Assembly: GCA_021432655.1 (NCBI GenBank)
Contig: MU271296.1
Coordinates: 68,515-104,100, forward strand
DNA: 35,586 nt
DNA from: Atractiella rhizophila
Taxonomy: Eukaryota
Direction: 5' to 3'
Part shown: piece after piece, positions 12,101-23,302 of the stretch
Layout: the number at the start of each line of letters is the position of its first letter
Numbering within the stretch: position 1 is the stretch's first letter
The notes under the pieces: generated by a model
Seen by the model: only the letters and a program-made list of their open reading frames with translations
What the model was told of the DNA's origin: nothing
Databases searched by the model: none
Made by a program: the position numbers and the translations under genes

Positions 12101-13661
12101 CCGTAGTCCATGCTGATAAATAGAATAGGAACGACGACACGGTAGCGACGGCCAGAGAACGACAGTGAACACGAGGATTTACCTTGATAACGTTTCTGAG
12201 GTCCTTGGATCCTTTAGTTCGAGTTCCCCGATGTCTACCGATTTTGTCCTTGAGGGCAACCCGGAACAAATTTGCGTCGTCAACTCACAGCTCGCTGCTC
12301 AAAGCCAGAAATACCTAATGGCCAAACTGTGGGCGACCTTAGCGGTTTGCATTTCCCGACCAGATGTTGATCCAAAGCGAACCTCAAAGTTAGGACGAGC
12401 TACAGAAAGTTACATTCGTGTTGTGTGGGGCCATTCATTTTTTTTTCGTTGAAATCTGCCTCATGACATGCACAGATTGCAGTATTTAAGGCATACGAGG
12501 GATGTTGAAGCTTTAGGCCTTTTGGCATGTTGGTTGGAGATCGTGAGGCGGGACATTTTCGAGGAGGATAAGCTACACCGTTCTCCTCTGACAGAAAGTA
12601 GCACTTCGGGGGAGGAACCAGCTCGATTACCCAGGCGCAGAGCAGCCAGTATGGCCCCAATAGAGGAGGAGACAAGCAAGAAGTCTGCAAGTGCGATTTC
12701 ACTGGGTCGGAACCCGTGGGTCAATATCTCGGGATTGTTTTCCTCAAAGCGCTCGGAATCCCAGCCATCATCGTTGCTGCAACACTCGGGTGACGACATC
12801 GATAGCCCAGGAAGCCACTTTCAGGTCATAATTCATGACAGCGACTTTAAGCCTGCTCCAGTTCCTCACGTTCCTAAGGAGAGGCAACGTACGCAGTCGG
12901 CGAGATCCTGGTCGGTCAAATCGCGTCAATCCACTTCAGGCATTTCGTTAGGACGCACGTTGAGTACGGCGAGCGAGAGAACCACTCCAAGGACGCGGAA
13001 ATTGCGAACAACTATCAAAGTCATCGAACATGATCGGCAGTATGACATTTCTTCATCTCTTCTTAGAGCTCAACTCAGCTTGAATGTTTGCAGCGCGCCA
13101 CCGAATGTGTTCTGGGCAACAATGGAAGAGCAGATCGCTTTGGAGGAGCATCGATTTGCCTATGCTGACCTTCTCTACTCCTCAAACTTGCATCAAGAAC
13201 ATCTCAGAGTCCTGAAAGCCACACGGAGCGCTGTCGACCCTGCATATTGGGAAGCTTCGACGGCACCGTACTTCCTGGAAAAGGTCCGCCATTTGTTCGA
13301 TAGTGCAGGAAAGCAGAGGCCACAAGCTTACGAGTCTCAACCTCTCTCTCATACCGCCTCGACAAGTAACTCAACATCTGGATCTAGTGCGAGTGTATAA
13401 CGTGTATGACAATATTGTACAATTATTTTATCATGGCTATAGTTGATAGGTGACAAGTGCGATCAATCGGCATGTAGGGCTCGACGCTTGCAATCGTATG
13501 AGCTCTCGATTCAAGAGTATCGACATGAACCAACCCTTGGATGTAAAGCGAACACGATCAATGTGTACCTGTTTTCCTTGTCATTGGCGAATATACAGTC
13601 TGAAAGAATATCGACAACCGACAGGCGGGGAAAAAGAGCTCAAACCGAACGAAAGGTATAG
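9146..13661 (+). CDS. MTC5: WDR59/Mtc5/Sea3 (SEA/GATOR2 subunit): WD40 repeats, RWD-like domain, helical region; 3' end uncertain
   Basis: MGEDTFLSPLRINLPEPVGALSISPSCRDVCLGARKGLFIIDLQSPFDPPRFLPHYAAWEVADVQWNPH..STSNQKALVWNL..LHGHTRAITDVNW..ILATCSLD. Also PVYRARNLPFGEGVL, DFVWRFRGG..DDREFQLITWSKDRKLRL, VPLPARCGARFS, ICVVNSQLA and RFAYADLLY, all characteristic of the Mtc5/WDR59 family. Confidence 0.9.
9610..9960 (+). ncRNA. Candidate structured intronic RNA of unknown class, inside the 442-nt WDR59 intron (9554-9995)
   Basis: Intron much longer than its neighbours. Nested complementary segments: CCGCT 9640-44/AGCGG 9775-79; CTGCAGT 9667-73/GCTGCAG 9738-44; ATGAGAAG 9692-99/TTTCTCGT 9723-30; CTTGCCTC 9746-53/GAGGCAGG 9767-74; CAGAT 9854-58/ATCTG 9873-77. 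Confidence 0.4.
11000..11047 (+). repeat. CAA/CAG trinucleotide repeat encoding Q8-L-Q7 in WDR59
   Basis: Read directly as caacaacaacagcaacagcagcaactacaacaacaacaacaacaacag, in frame with ORF 10703..11386. Confidence 0.95.
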
Positions 13662-13802
13662 TACACGGTGGGAATCTGTGAACGTGGTGGTGTGAGAAAC
13701 GCAATTCTCCAGACGGACACACAAGAGGAATAAACGAGGCAAATAGTTCGAGCAACGAAGAATTCACAGCCATTAAAGAAAATGCGAATCGGCGTATTTA
13801 GT

Positions 13803-16800
13803 TCAGGAAGGATTGTGTTTGAATGGTGTCATTCGTTTTAGTTGGATGATCCTGCTTGGTCTCTTCTCTTTCTTCTCATTCGAGACAGGGGTAGGAGGTT
13901 GTACAGTGAATGTTGGTGACTCCATCGATTTAGGTTCGCTAACAATTTGAGATGGAATTTTGAGGTATGTAGCGATATTAGAAGGCGAATACTTTTCTGA
14001 TGTAGACTTGCTCCTCGCTAAAGAACTGTGAGGTGGAGTCTTCCTGAGTGTTCTTGAGCTTGGTCTGTCCCTATCTCGAACTGGCGAGGCAGCAAATGAA
14101 ACTTTCACGTCCTCCTTCCCTCGACTCGATTCTGTTGATACTCGGAAACTGAGAAACTCTCCCCCTACAGATCTCTCGAGAGTCGGCCGCTTCGATACCG
14201 CAAACGTTTTTGCGCGTTGAAGCATAGCCTCATCTACCGGTTCATTGGCCGCCTTGGCCAGAGAATCCGTGAGGGCATGGCCTTCATCCGTGGTTGCTGG
14301 AGTGAAGAGCGGGCTTGAGTGACCGCCGTAGAAAGAGCTCGAACGGCTCGTTCCTGCCTCATCCTCAGACACGGGATTAGCGGTAGGTTCGAGCATGGGA
14401 CTGGGATGTCCATTTGTCTCGAGGATAGGACTGGGAAGAAGTATCGACATTTGCTGCATGGCGTTCATGCTTTGATTTCTTGGATTGGGTTGGATAATCA
14501 TATTCTTGAGATTGAGATTTGTGGTCGACGATTCTGGACTTGTAGGGTTAGAAAACGTCCTCTTCCTCCTCAAGCCCCAAAGGTCTAAACTTGTCCCGCT
14601 TCCACTCCCACTTGTTCTCCTGAGCGTCAAACTTCTGGACATCTTGTGTTTATGCTCCCTCCCCCGATCCAACAAGTCTGGAGTACTTTCCATAGCCGGC
14701 CTCAGCGTAGGTCGCAACAACGGAGAAGGTGGCTCAGATCGCCTCCCTCTGCCGAACAGTGCAGGGGATTCAGTCTGCGATCTATCCTTGTCCAAGGAAA
14801 CCTGATCTATTAAACTTGGCCTCCTGCTCCTAGATCCCTCCTTTCCAAAGTAATACCCGATGCTATTCTGTCTCCGATTCCCTGTTGATGGCGTTCGAGG
14901 TCGCGAAGGAAGAGTAGACGATCGACGTGGCTCAGAGGACGATTGTGTCGAGAGTGCTCGAGCATTTAGGAGGTCTTCAGAGAAGACATCTGCCATTCTG
15001 AGATCGATGGTAGCGCGCACATTTGCCGGTGTCTTTCCCATGAGACTAGAGGCTGTTTGGCTGAAACGATTACGAGATGTGAGGATAGTTGAGGGGAAAG
15101 CGGATACTGTCGGAGACGAGGAAGGAGAATCATACAGGTGCTGCGTAGAAGGGTTGGAGTGTACGTTAGAAGTTGCGTTAGAGGGAGAGGAGGAAGCGGT
15201 GACTGGTTGCGGTGAGCGATTTGTGACGGAGAGGTTGGACAGTATGGTGGCAGATGGAGACAGGGGTATCGATGTTGCGTGGGCAATAGCTTCCCTCATG
15301 GCCGCAAGCCAAATTTCCTTCTCCACTTCACTCGTCGCTCCAAGTTCAAAGTGATGATCCATTGATGAAAGCCTAAAACTGTAAGGCATCAATCCTACAA
15401 GTTCATATTAGCGCAAACTCGCATCTACCAATGAGATGGACGGGAACACACCTTCATCTCTTGTATCAACCACCTTCCATCCTCTGAGCGGAAACCAGAT
15501 TTTAGGCTCATAGCACCTTTGTACCTGCTTATTTCGGACCTTCCACATGAGGCATTGCTCTCTCCACACACCCACACCCCAATACTTCACATCCGTCTTT
15601 TCTCCTCCTCCCACATGCCCGACCAGGAGCGTCCCAACAATCCTCAATTCTCCCCAGCCCTTCATTATCGCTTCACTCTGTTCTTCAAGCAAGCTCCAGT
15701 CTAGCCTCTCTCCTATCGTTTCAGTCCTCACTTCTAGCTCCCTCACCCTCTTCCTCTCCTCCACCCCCTCAGTCACCTTCCTCATCGTGGCTATCAGCCC
15801 TTCGACTGCAGCCTTGGAAGGTGGAGCACAGTTCTTGAGGATCTGCTCAAACAATAGGACGTAACGACAAATCTTTTGTATTGGCTTGATCGCGTAATCC
15901 TCAAGGCGAAAAGCATGACTGTTGGGAGCAGAACAGGAAGACGCCAAATTTGCACAGTGACGTTCATACGATTCCCAATCTATTCGGTTCTCGAAAGAAC
16001 GGAGGACGGTGCACGCTTCAGAGTGGCGCGAGACGAAATCTTCGTAAACCTCGAAGCCAGATTGCATTAATAATTCATTATTTTGTGACCTCCACAAAAA
16101 GGGAATGAAAAAGACTAACCTGTGACATGTAAACGGCGACAAGAGCAGCAATCGCATCGCCACCCTCTCTCAGCGCGTTCTTAACTCTCTCCAACCTCAC
16201 AAGCAAATGCTTCTGAAATTCCCTTAATGCCTTCACATTCCTGACCACAGTCTCTCTCTCCACGTCAGTCCCAACCCCTTTCTTCTCCAACTCCGCAAAG
16301 TAAATATCGTCCAATATCTCCAAATCGGACATAAACCTCTCTTCTCCCTCTACCACTTCCACGATACCAGCCACAAGTCTTATCCTTTTCACCTCGTCCT
16401 CTTTCCACGACTGCATCTGCGGAGAGCCAGGAGCAGAAACGAAGACTTCTTCCGGTCCTCCTTCCGCCTCTTCTGAGCCGTCTTCGCCCTCCGAGTCTGA
16501 CGACGGTTCAGCCTCCAAATCGATCCTCGCCCTTGCTTTCCCCTTGTTGTCCGTTTTCGGCTTCTTGGAATCGAACGACACCCTCTTCTGCGCGTAAGGA
16601 TGGTTCGGAAACTCCAACGTGGGCGAGGAGCCGGAGTCGATACGATTCGTCATTGCCTCCTCCAAGGCTCCTTCCAAGCTCGCTCTCGCAGACTCCGCCT
16701 CTAAATCGACGGTGGAAGTGGAGGCTTGGTCCGACGGCGCATTTACAAGCGGGTGTGAAGTAGGGAGCATTGTTGAGGAAAGAGAGGAGGAGCGGGGAGA

Positions 16801-17139
16801 GATGACAGGGGCGGAAATTGGTTGAGAGCGTCGACGGCGAGCGCGTGAATGGGTGCGCGCTGGCGTGTTCGTCTGGGTATCTGAGTAAGTGTAGGACGAA
16901 GGAGGGTGCGAGAGCGAATGAGATCTCGAATGGTTCGAGGATGGAGAGGAATGCGAAGCGGTGGTTGCTGCCGTGTTAGAAGAGCTGGCAGTGTTTGTGG
17001 TATGTGAGGAATTAGAAGTAGAGAGGGACGATCGTCGTTCTGGTGGAGTGAAGGAATGGTGAGATATCTGACGGGTCTGTTGTGCCGGAGGGGGAACTGG
17101 AGGAGCGGAGTGAGGGAGGATCAGGACAGTCGTGGACAT
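13803..17139 (-). CDS. DH-PH RhoGEF-family protein with long Ser/Pro-rich termini, about 3 exons
   Basis: ATG at 17139 (MSTTVL..). DH-like KRIRLVAGIVEVVEGEERFMSDLEIL..VVRNVKALREFQKHLL..VYEDFVSRHSEA..LEDYAIKPIQKICRYVLLFEQILK. PH-like KYWGVGVW..YEPKIWFPL..PYSFRLSSMDHHFELGATSEVEKEIWLAAMREAI. Donor GTTAGT at 16119. Confidence 0.85.
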
Positions 17140-19339
17140 ATCTCCGTTTATTAATTCGAAGGAGGATGTGGAGTAGTCGAACTGATATTCCAAGCTTTCT
17201 TCTTTTGGATTGCGGTTGCGGCGTCGGTATTGTGGTACCTTTAGCTTCTGCTTATCACAAGGGATCAGGACATATACACAGAGAAGGCATAAAGCGGCTC
17301 TTTATAGAGAAAAATGGAAAAGTGTGATGTGCGCATTACGAAGTCGATGCTTCGCGCAGGCTGCTACGGTGGAAGCAAGGAAAGGAGGAGACAACATTTC
17401 TTGACGTCTGGATAAATCAACGGTTTTCCAAGTTGTCAACTCGCAACAACATTTCAAGGAAACAATGAAATAACCGTCCCATGTTACATCGAATGACGCG
17501 TTGACGATCTCTTAACGAAAGATGGAACTAACAGGACGGACGAAAGGTAGGAAGATCGCCATCTCCTCACTGCGGGACTCCCGGGAGTTGCACAGAACAA
17601 GTGGTTGCTCAGAATGAAGAATTGCCCAAAGTGAGGGCAGCTTTTCTGTACCAGGGAAAGAAGATAGGGGGATATATATTGAAGTGGCTTCACAGGACCG
17701 AAAGATTTAAGTGCCCTTCTCTTCTCAAAAGCGTTACAAGTGGAATGTGTAACTTTGCAGCTCCAGAACGTGCTTCAACTCGTCCGCTCTCTCCACATCC
17801 AAACTAACGAAACAACCAATACAAAGGGAGAATGCTCACCTGCGCTCTACGTGTTCTGCGTTCTGCCTTCTGCGTTAGAGGCAAAAAGGGGCGTCCTATC
17901 CAGGTTGACCAAAGAACACACTTCCCGATCCAAATGCAACTGGTATCCAAATCTCCAAACCCACCACTTGAATGGAACGCTTTGCCCAAGTGTACCTACA
18001 AGCGCCCCTGATATAATAATGGTCCAAACAGGGCAAACCAGATGCGGGCAAGTTGTCCTGTTTGAAGGGGATTGAAAGAGATCGTGACGTTCTTCTGCTT
18101 CCGTCGCACTAAAATCCCATCTTCAATTTCCGTTCGAATGATATGTCCCTTCCTGCGGGCACGCTCTTGCTCTCACTGAAGGAGGCTTAGTCGACGTCCA
18201 GGGTGGTTAAGGGATAGATATTCGCTGAAAAGGGGGAAAGTCAGGGAAAGTGGTCGAAGATTTTCAGCAAAAATGGCGATGTGTTGTGAAGTGACGTCGC
18301 GTCATCGGGCCTTACGCTTGGAACGCGATTGTCGATCCCTAAGTTTGGGATTATCATTCTTCCACTTTCCTTTTCTATCGCGCTGCCATCACCAAACCCA
18401 TCAATCTGCTTCTAGCTCTGCTTAGATGCTTGAGAAATGGATGCAGAACATGGTACAGTGAAAGCAAGTAAGACGGTGGATTTCCTGAAAGAGTTCAAAC
18501 TTAGCTACTGCAAATGATTTTCCTGTCCTGAGCGTAAGTGCTCCTGAGTGAGTCAAGCCGAGCTGCACCTTGAGCTTCAGCTTGAGCTTGGTCTCAAGTC
18601 TTCGCACGAGTTCAACGTTGAAGTCTAGCCCGGAAATGTTGTGACGTTTTCTGTTCAGAAGCAATTAGAGAGATGTAGAAGCCTCTAATCCTGACGTCGA
18701 CTCATCATCCCGATCAGTCCCTTAGTGAGGGTGGTTGGGTTTGGATCAGGCAAGTCGAGGCGGAGAAGACAACTTGAATGCCAGAAGCAGTCCCTCTTCT
18801 GCACTATCTTGGCAACTCGGGTATCTCTTTCAACGCATATCGGCGGAACTCTTGATTTTTGTCAGGATTGTCTCTCTTGCGCTTGGTGCGTCTTCCGGCT
18901 GCACCTCGATCCCATGTTATCTGCTCGGCGACGAACGTTGACAGGTTACACGTAAGAGACATCCATTGCACACCGAGCGAGTCGAGGCACACTGGGCATG
19001 CCTAACAGCAATGGAAGACAAGACGGCAGCAAGAGTGAGAATTGACGTTCATTCCCTCACGTTTAGCCAATTTATTATTCCGTAGGACAAAAGAATTGAT
19101 GCTGCTCTTCTTCCACTGTTGCCATCATTGATAAGTTTCATGTTATGGCATCCTTCCTCTTCCGCTTGTTCACATCATCGTGGCATTATCGTGCCATGTT
19201 GCACCATCCAAAATCTGAGGCACACGCCTAGGTGGTTACCCTGAGATGACTCGGGTAATGGAGGAGATAAAAAAATTGCACTAGCTCATGTACTTCTCCA
19301 TGACAGAAGAGAACCAACGATGTGAATGACTGCACTCAC

Positions 19340-19802
19340 GCAGCTCGTGTCTCGTGCTTTACACGTCTCCTGGAAAGATGGGTACTTCCGTTTTATTTCC
19401 TCCACTATCACAACCTTCAAGTTTGTAGACATGATACCGTCTACCAGCCTTCGCAAAGAATCGATATCACGTACTCGTTCATCCTCCCTTGTGCTAGATT
19501 TATACTGGAATCAGCTTGTTTCCTATGTATATTTCAGGTGTCCTTAGAAATATGCTGAGGACATGTATTCTAAGTGGAAGACAGCCTCTCCATTTGAAAC
19601 TTAACGTACAATCAGACATCAGACTCGTAGTTGTTATCCTGGCACTCACGGTACATATTTCGTTTGCCTTTCCAGTCAGCCCTGATGACTGAAATCATCC
19701 TCATTGGATGTAGATCTACAAGTAAACGAAGGTGAATACGATGGACTCACCTGAGATGGGGATGGGTGTCAGGAATGTGCGGTGGAGTGATGAAGCAACC
19801 AT
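19340..19802 (-). CDS. Candidate small multi-exon gene of unknown function; 3' end unresolved
   Basis: ATG at 19802. Two GTGAGT..AG introns keep one open frame: MVASSLHRTFLTPIPISD-LHPMRMISVIRADWKGKRNMYL-SNGEAVFHLEY. A further GCTGAT..CCAG acceptor (~19505) and a GTGAGT donor (~19339) follow. Confidence 0.35.
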
Positions 19803-20262
19803 AAAACTCCAACTCCAACAAGCACGGTGGACACAAAGGTCACATTTCTTAAGAGTTTGAATAGCAATGCTGTTGCGTGAAACCGCTCTGAGAAGAAAAC
19901 GCTGCAACTGGTTCTCCCTCCAGTATATTTCGATACCGACCCCGTAACTAGTAACAATAACCTGGTCTAGAATAGGACCGTCTTAATCTACAAAGCCAAT
20001 TGCCTCCTGCAAATGCAGGACACATCCACTGGAGCGTGAGAGGAAACGTATTCTCGAACCAAGATTGCGGTTCCAGAAGAGGAAATCCGGAACCAAAACA
20101 TTGCCCTTGTCTTTCAACTTCTCCGTTCTGGACGTTAACCGTTGCACTGTAGCTCCCAGCCTCTCCAGCCTCCCAGACTCCTTCCCCAGCGTCCAATCAC
20201 AGGTTAAACCATCAAGGAGCCATCACGCTCCGGAACGAATCATAGGCACAAGTCACCAAGGC

Positions 20263-22677
20263 ATGGAAGTCGACCCTCCTGCGCCAGTCGCAACCGCAAA
20301 TGCGAATGTGGAAGAGAACAAGGCTACAAAGATTTATCCATACGGTACAACGATTGCGCAGGTCCGTTTCCCTGTTCCCTTTTCACCTTCTCGCTTGACA
20401 TTCGCTTGTTGTGCATTTCGACTGATGTGCATGTACTTGTTCCTGACGACCAAAAGCCGACAGAGATAGAATACGTATGGACCATTCCTGACGTTTCCAA
20501 ATTATTGGAGAACCCGACGAAGATTAAGAGTCCACCTTTTGGAGGTGGACGGTGGCTGGTGCGTCTTCTTCTTCTCCCTTTCTTCCCCCATCACATGCCT
20601 CCTCGCTTGGAAGCTCTATCTTCTCTGCTCCGTGTTTCCATTGGATGCGTGCTATGAGCTAGAAGTGTAGTTGTCCTTTGTCGTTTGACTGATGATGTGA
20701 TGCAGGTGCGATTAAACACAAACGCCTCTCAAGAAATCGACGTCTTCTTAAACGCTCTCCCGACACCATCAGAAGTGGATCCGCAGACGAAAAAGTGGAC
20801 ACGATCCATAAGCGGCTATTCCTTCTCCGTACGCATCACACGCATCCCCCCTCCTGTTCCTGCAAACCGCTGATGGCACGGGATGGACAGTTGCGATACC
20901 CCATCTCCCGTGATGAACTCAAGACGCACGATGGACATCCGAAGGATTTCACTCAGGCGAATTCGTCCTATGGACGACGCTCCTTCGTTAGGAGCCCCGC
21001 CATCGAGCCTTGGACCACGCATGCGGATGTTAGGGCGACTGTGAGTGGCCAACAGTCTCTCATCGTCCTCCCTGGGGAGACAGCGCAGCCAATGTCGCTG
21101 ACGATGTTGGTGCAGGACTCTCTCATCATGATCGTCAAAATCGTGGAGGGGGGTTCATGGATGGATCATCCTCCGAAAAGGATCGAAGACCTCGAGGGCA
21201 GGTTGCAAGCTGAACAAAGGAGAAATGTGACGTTAGCCCTGGGCGTGTTCGACAATCATGAGCTGGCGGATGTCGCTTTCGTCTTTAATCTCCCGGCTGG
21301 AACGACCTTGAAGGGAAATGGGGTGGAGGAGGAGGTGAAGGAGATGAAAGTTTATAGTCAGAAGAGGACGTTGGCGGCTTTTTCGGAGTATTTTGGTCTC
21401 AGTGAGTTCTCTTACGATCGCTTCAGATTCATTTCTCCACTTCAAGTTGCATTCTGGCATTAACTTTAGTCATAGTGTTCGATAGTGGGATGAGAGAAGG
21501 ATTGGAACCAACGGTTAAAGGGGGGGATAGCGATGAAGGTTCGACTCTTTCATTTACTCGTCTTATTCTTGTCGTCTATAACGTACGCCGACGAGTGAGA
21601 AGCAGACCTCGACGACAACTCAGCCGCCTCTTCCTATTCTTCATCGGAGCCGCTTGCCTACCAGGGTAAAGCAATGGGCGAAGGATCAGCTTACTTTTCT
21701 CCTGCCCCAGGCGAGAAAACATTGCGGCGGAATAGCTCGAGGATGGACTTCCAGAGCGACGGATCAACATTTGAGGATGAAGACGAAGGCGAGGTGGAGG
21801 ACGAGGATGATTCAGACGTGGAAGTCGATAGGGAGTATCTGAAGTCATACGTCCGTCTTTCCCTTCTCCCACGTCTGAATCCTCAGAAGCAAGTATTATT
21901 TGCGGATTCTAATACTTGGTTGTGGGACATAGAATCCACCACCGACTGGAGGAGGAGGGAACCGAATCAAACAGATCCCAATCACCCACACACGCTATTC
22001 GACGTACAGATCCCTCATCTTTTACCTCCTCACAGGCTCCATCCTCTACGCTCCCCTCCGCTCTCACGCTCGCGCTCTAGCCATGGAAACGGGCTCGACA
22101 CCGCGGAAGCGGACCTTCACTCACGGCTTGAATGGGAACGGTGTTCTCGTCCCGAGACAGAGGGGATGGCCTTTGCCCGTCAGCCCCAAGAGCGTGTTTC
22201 GGATCGCTGACAGTCTGTCTCCCCTCCTTCCTTCTGTCTTTACTCTAGAGTCTCTTGCTGAATGTGGATGTGTCAGTGTACGGCGTTGTGAAGCTTAGAG
22301 ATGAGGCAAGAGACACAATCTTGCGTCGTCTCAGCCCGTCCAATGTCGCCTTTGAGGTCTTCTCTACCTTTTCGTCCAGGCATGAGGAGGTAAGACATCT
22401 CCAAATCAACTACCTGGTAGAGAACTGGGTACGTCTCCCTTCTCCCTTCATCCCTCTATCTATTTAACATTGATGTGGGTCGTTACAGATCGAAGTCGAG
22501 AAGAGTGCAGCCTGGCGAAGTGTCGGAGACGTGATGGGAGGCTTAGGAAGGAGGGAGACAGCGTCTACGTGGGGTGAGATTTGTACGAGGATGATGTCAC
22601 GCAACGTTGCCAGGCCTCTGGATATAAGTGGTTCTATAGAAGGGATGGCACAGAGAAACAGCATGATCATATCATGA
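20263..22677 (+). CDS. MATH/TRAF-like plus BTB/POZ domain protein (SPOP-like Cullin-3 adaptor architecture), multi-exon
   Basis: N-terminal EYVWTIPDVSKLL..KIKSPPFGGGRWLVRL..IDVFL (MATH-like). BTB-like DNHELADVAFVF..KVYSQKRTLAAFSEYFGLMFDSGMREG. C-terminal VSPKSVFRIAD..KLRDEARDTILRRLSPSNVAFEVFSTFSSRHEEV. Last exon IEVEKS..NSMIIS* ends at 22677. Confidence 0.8.
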
Positions 22678-23302
22678 TCTATATCCACTTCATTTGTCAA
22701 GTACATTTTCTCATTGCTCAATATTCAATGTCATTACTTATCATGATGTCTTTCCTAGCTTGGAACTTGAGGCAGGAACTGAAAGCAAGAGAAGTAAGGG
22801 ACTCCCAAAACCACCACAGGATCAATTCTAGTCCTCTTCGTAACTACACTTTCTCCAACAAGTTCGCAACGAAGCACAACACTGAATCAATCCAACGAAC
22901 GCAAACACGCCGTATCATCACACAGATGAAGTATGAATGAAGTCAAAGGTGGAAGGGAGGGGTATATGCTATAGAAACTATGTACGGTGTGAAGTTTCGA
23001 GCATGAGGATGAAAAGTTTGGACAGTTATACATGATTTTTTTGTCTACCTGAGTATGTGGTTTTCTACGTTTTTGGACCTTTAGGGTGTAAGAAGTGATG
23101 TGTACTTGTAATATGAACTACGAATAAAGAAAAGGGGTGCATATCTCGGGATATGACAACAGTGAAATTCGAAATCGGGTCAAATCATCATCGAATATGG
23201 AGGATGTGATGTATGATGACACGCGTTGAGAGTCTGAAGAGCGATGAACGGCGCAACGATGGGGATGAGCGAATAGTTTGCTTTGATAACCGTAGGCGTA
23301 GC

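Noticed and set aside
3273..15354. Long antisense or alternative-frame ORFs (e.g. 3329..3880-, 8465..9112-, 14860..15354+)
   Set aside because: Shadows of real exons on the opposite strand, with no recognisable domains.
2888..17139. Two RhoGEF genes within 15 kb as a tandem duplication
   Set aside because: Opposite strands, very different sequences and intron patterns; no sign of recent duplication.
18545..18600. Short (T/C)GAGCT-like repeats
   Set aside because: Only 3-4 degenerate hexamers, with no array or element structure.
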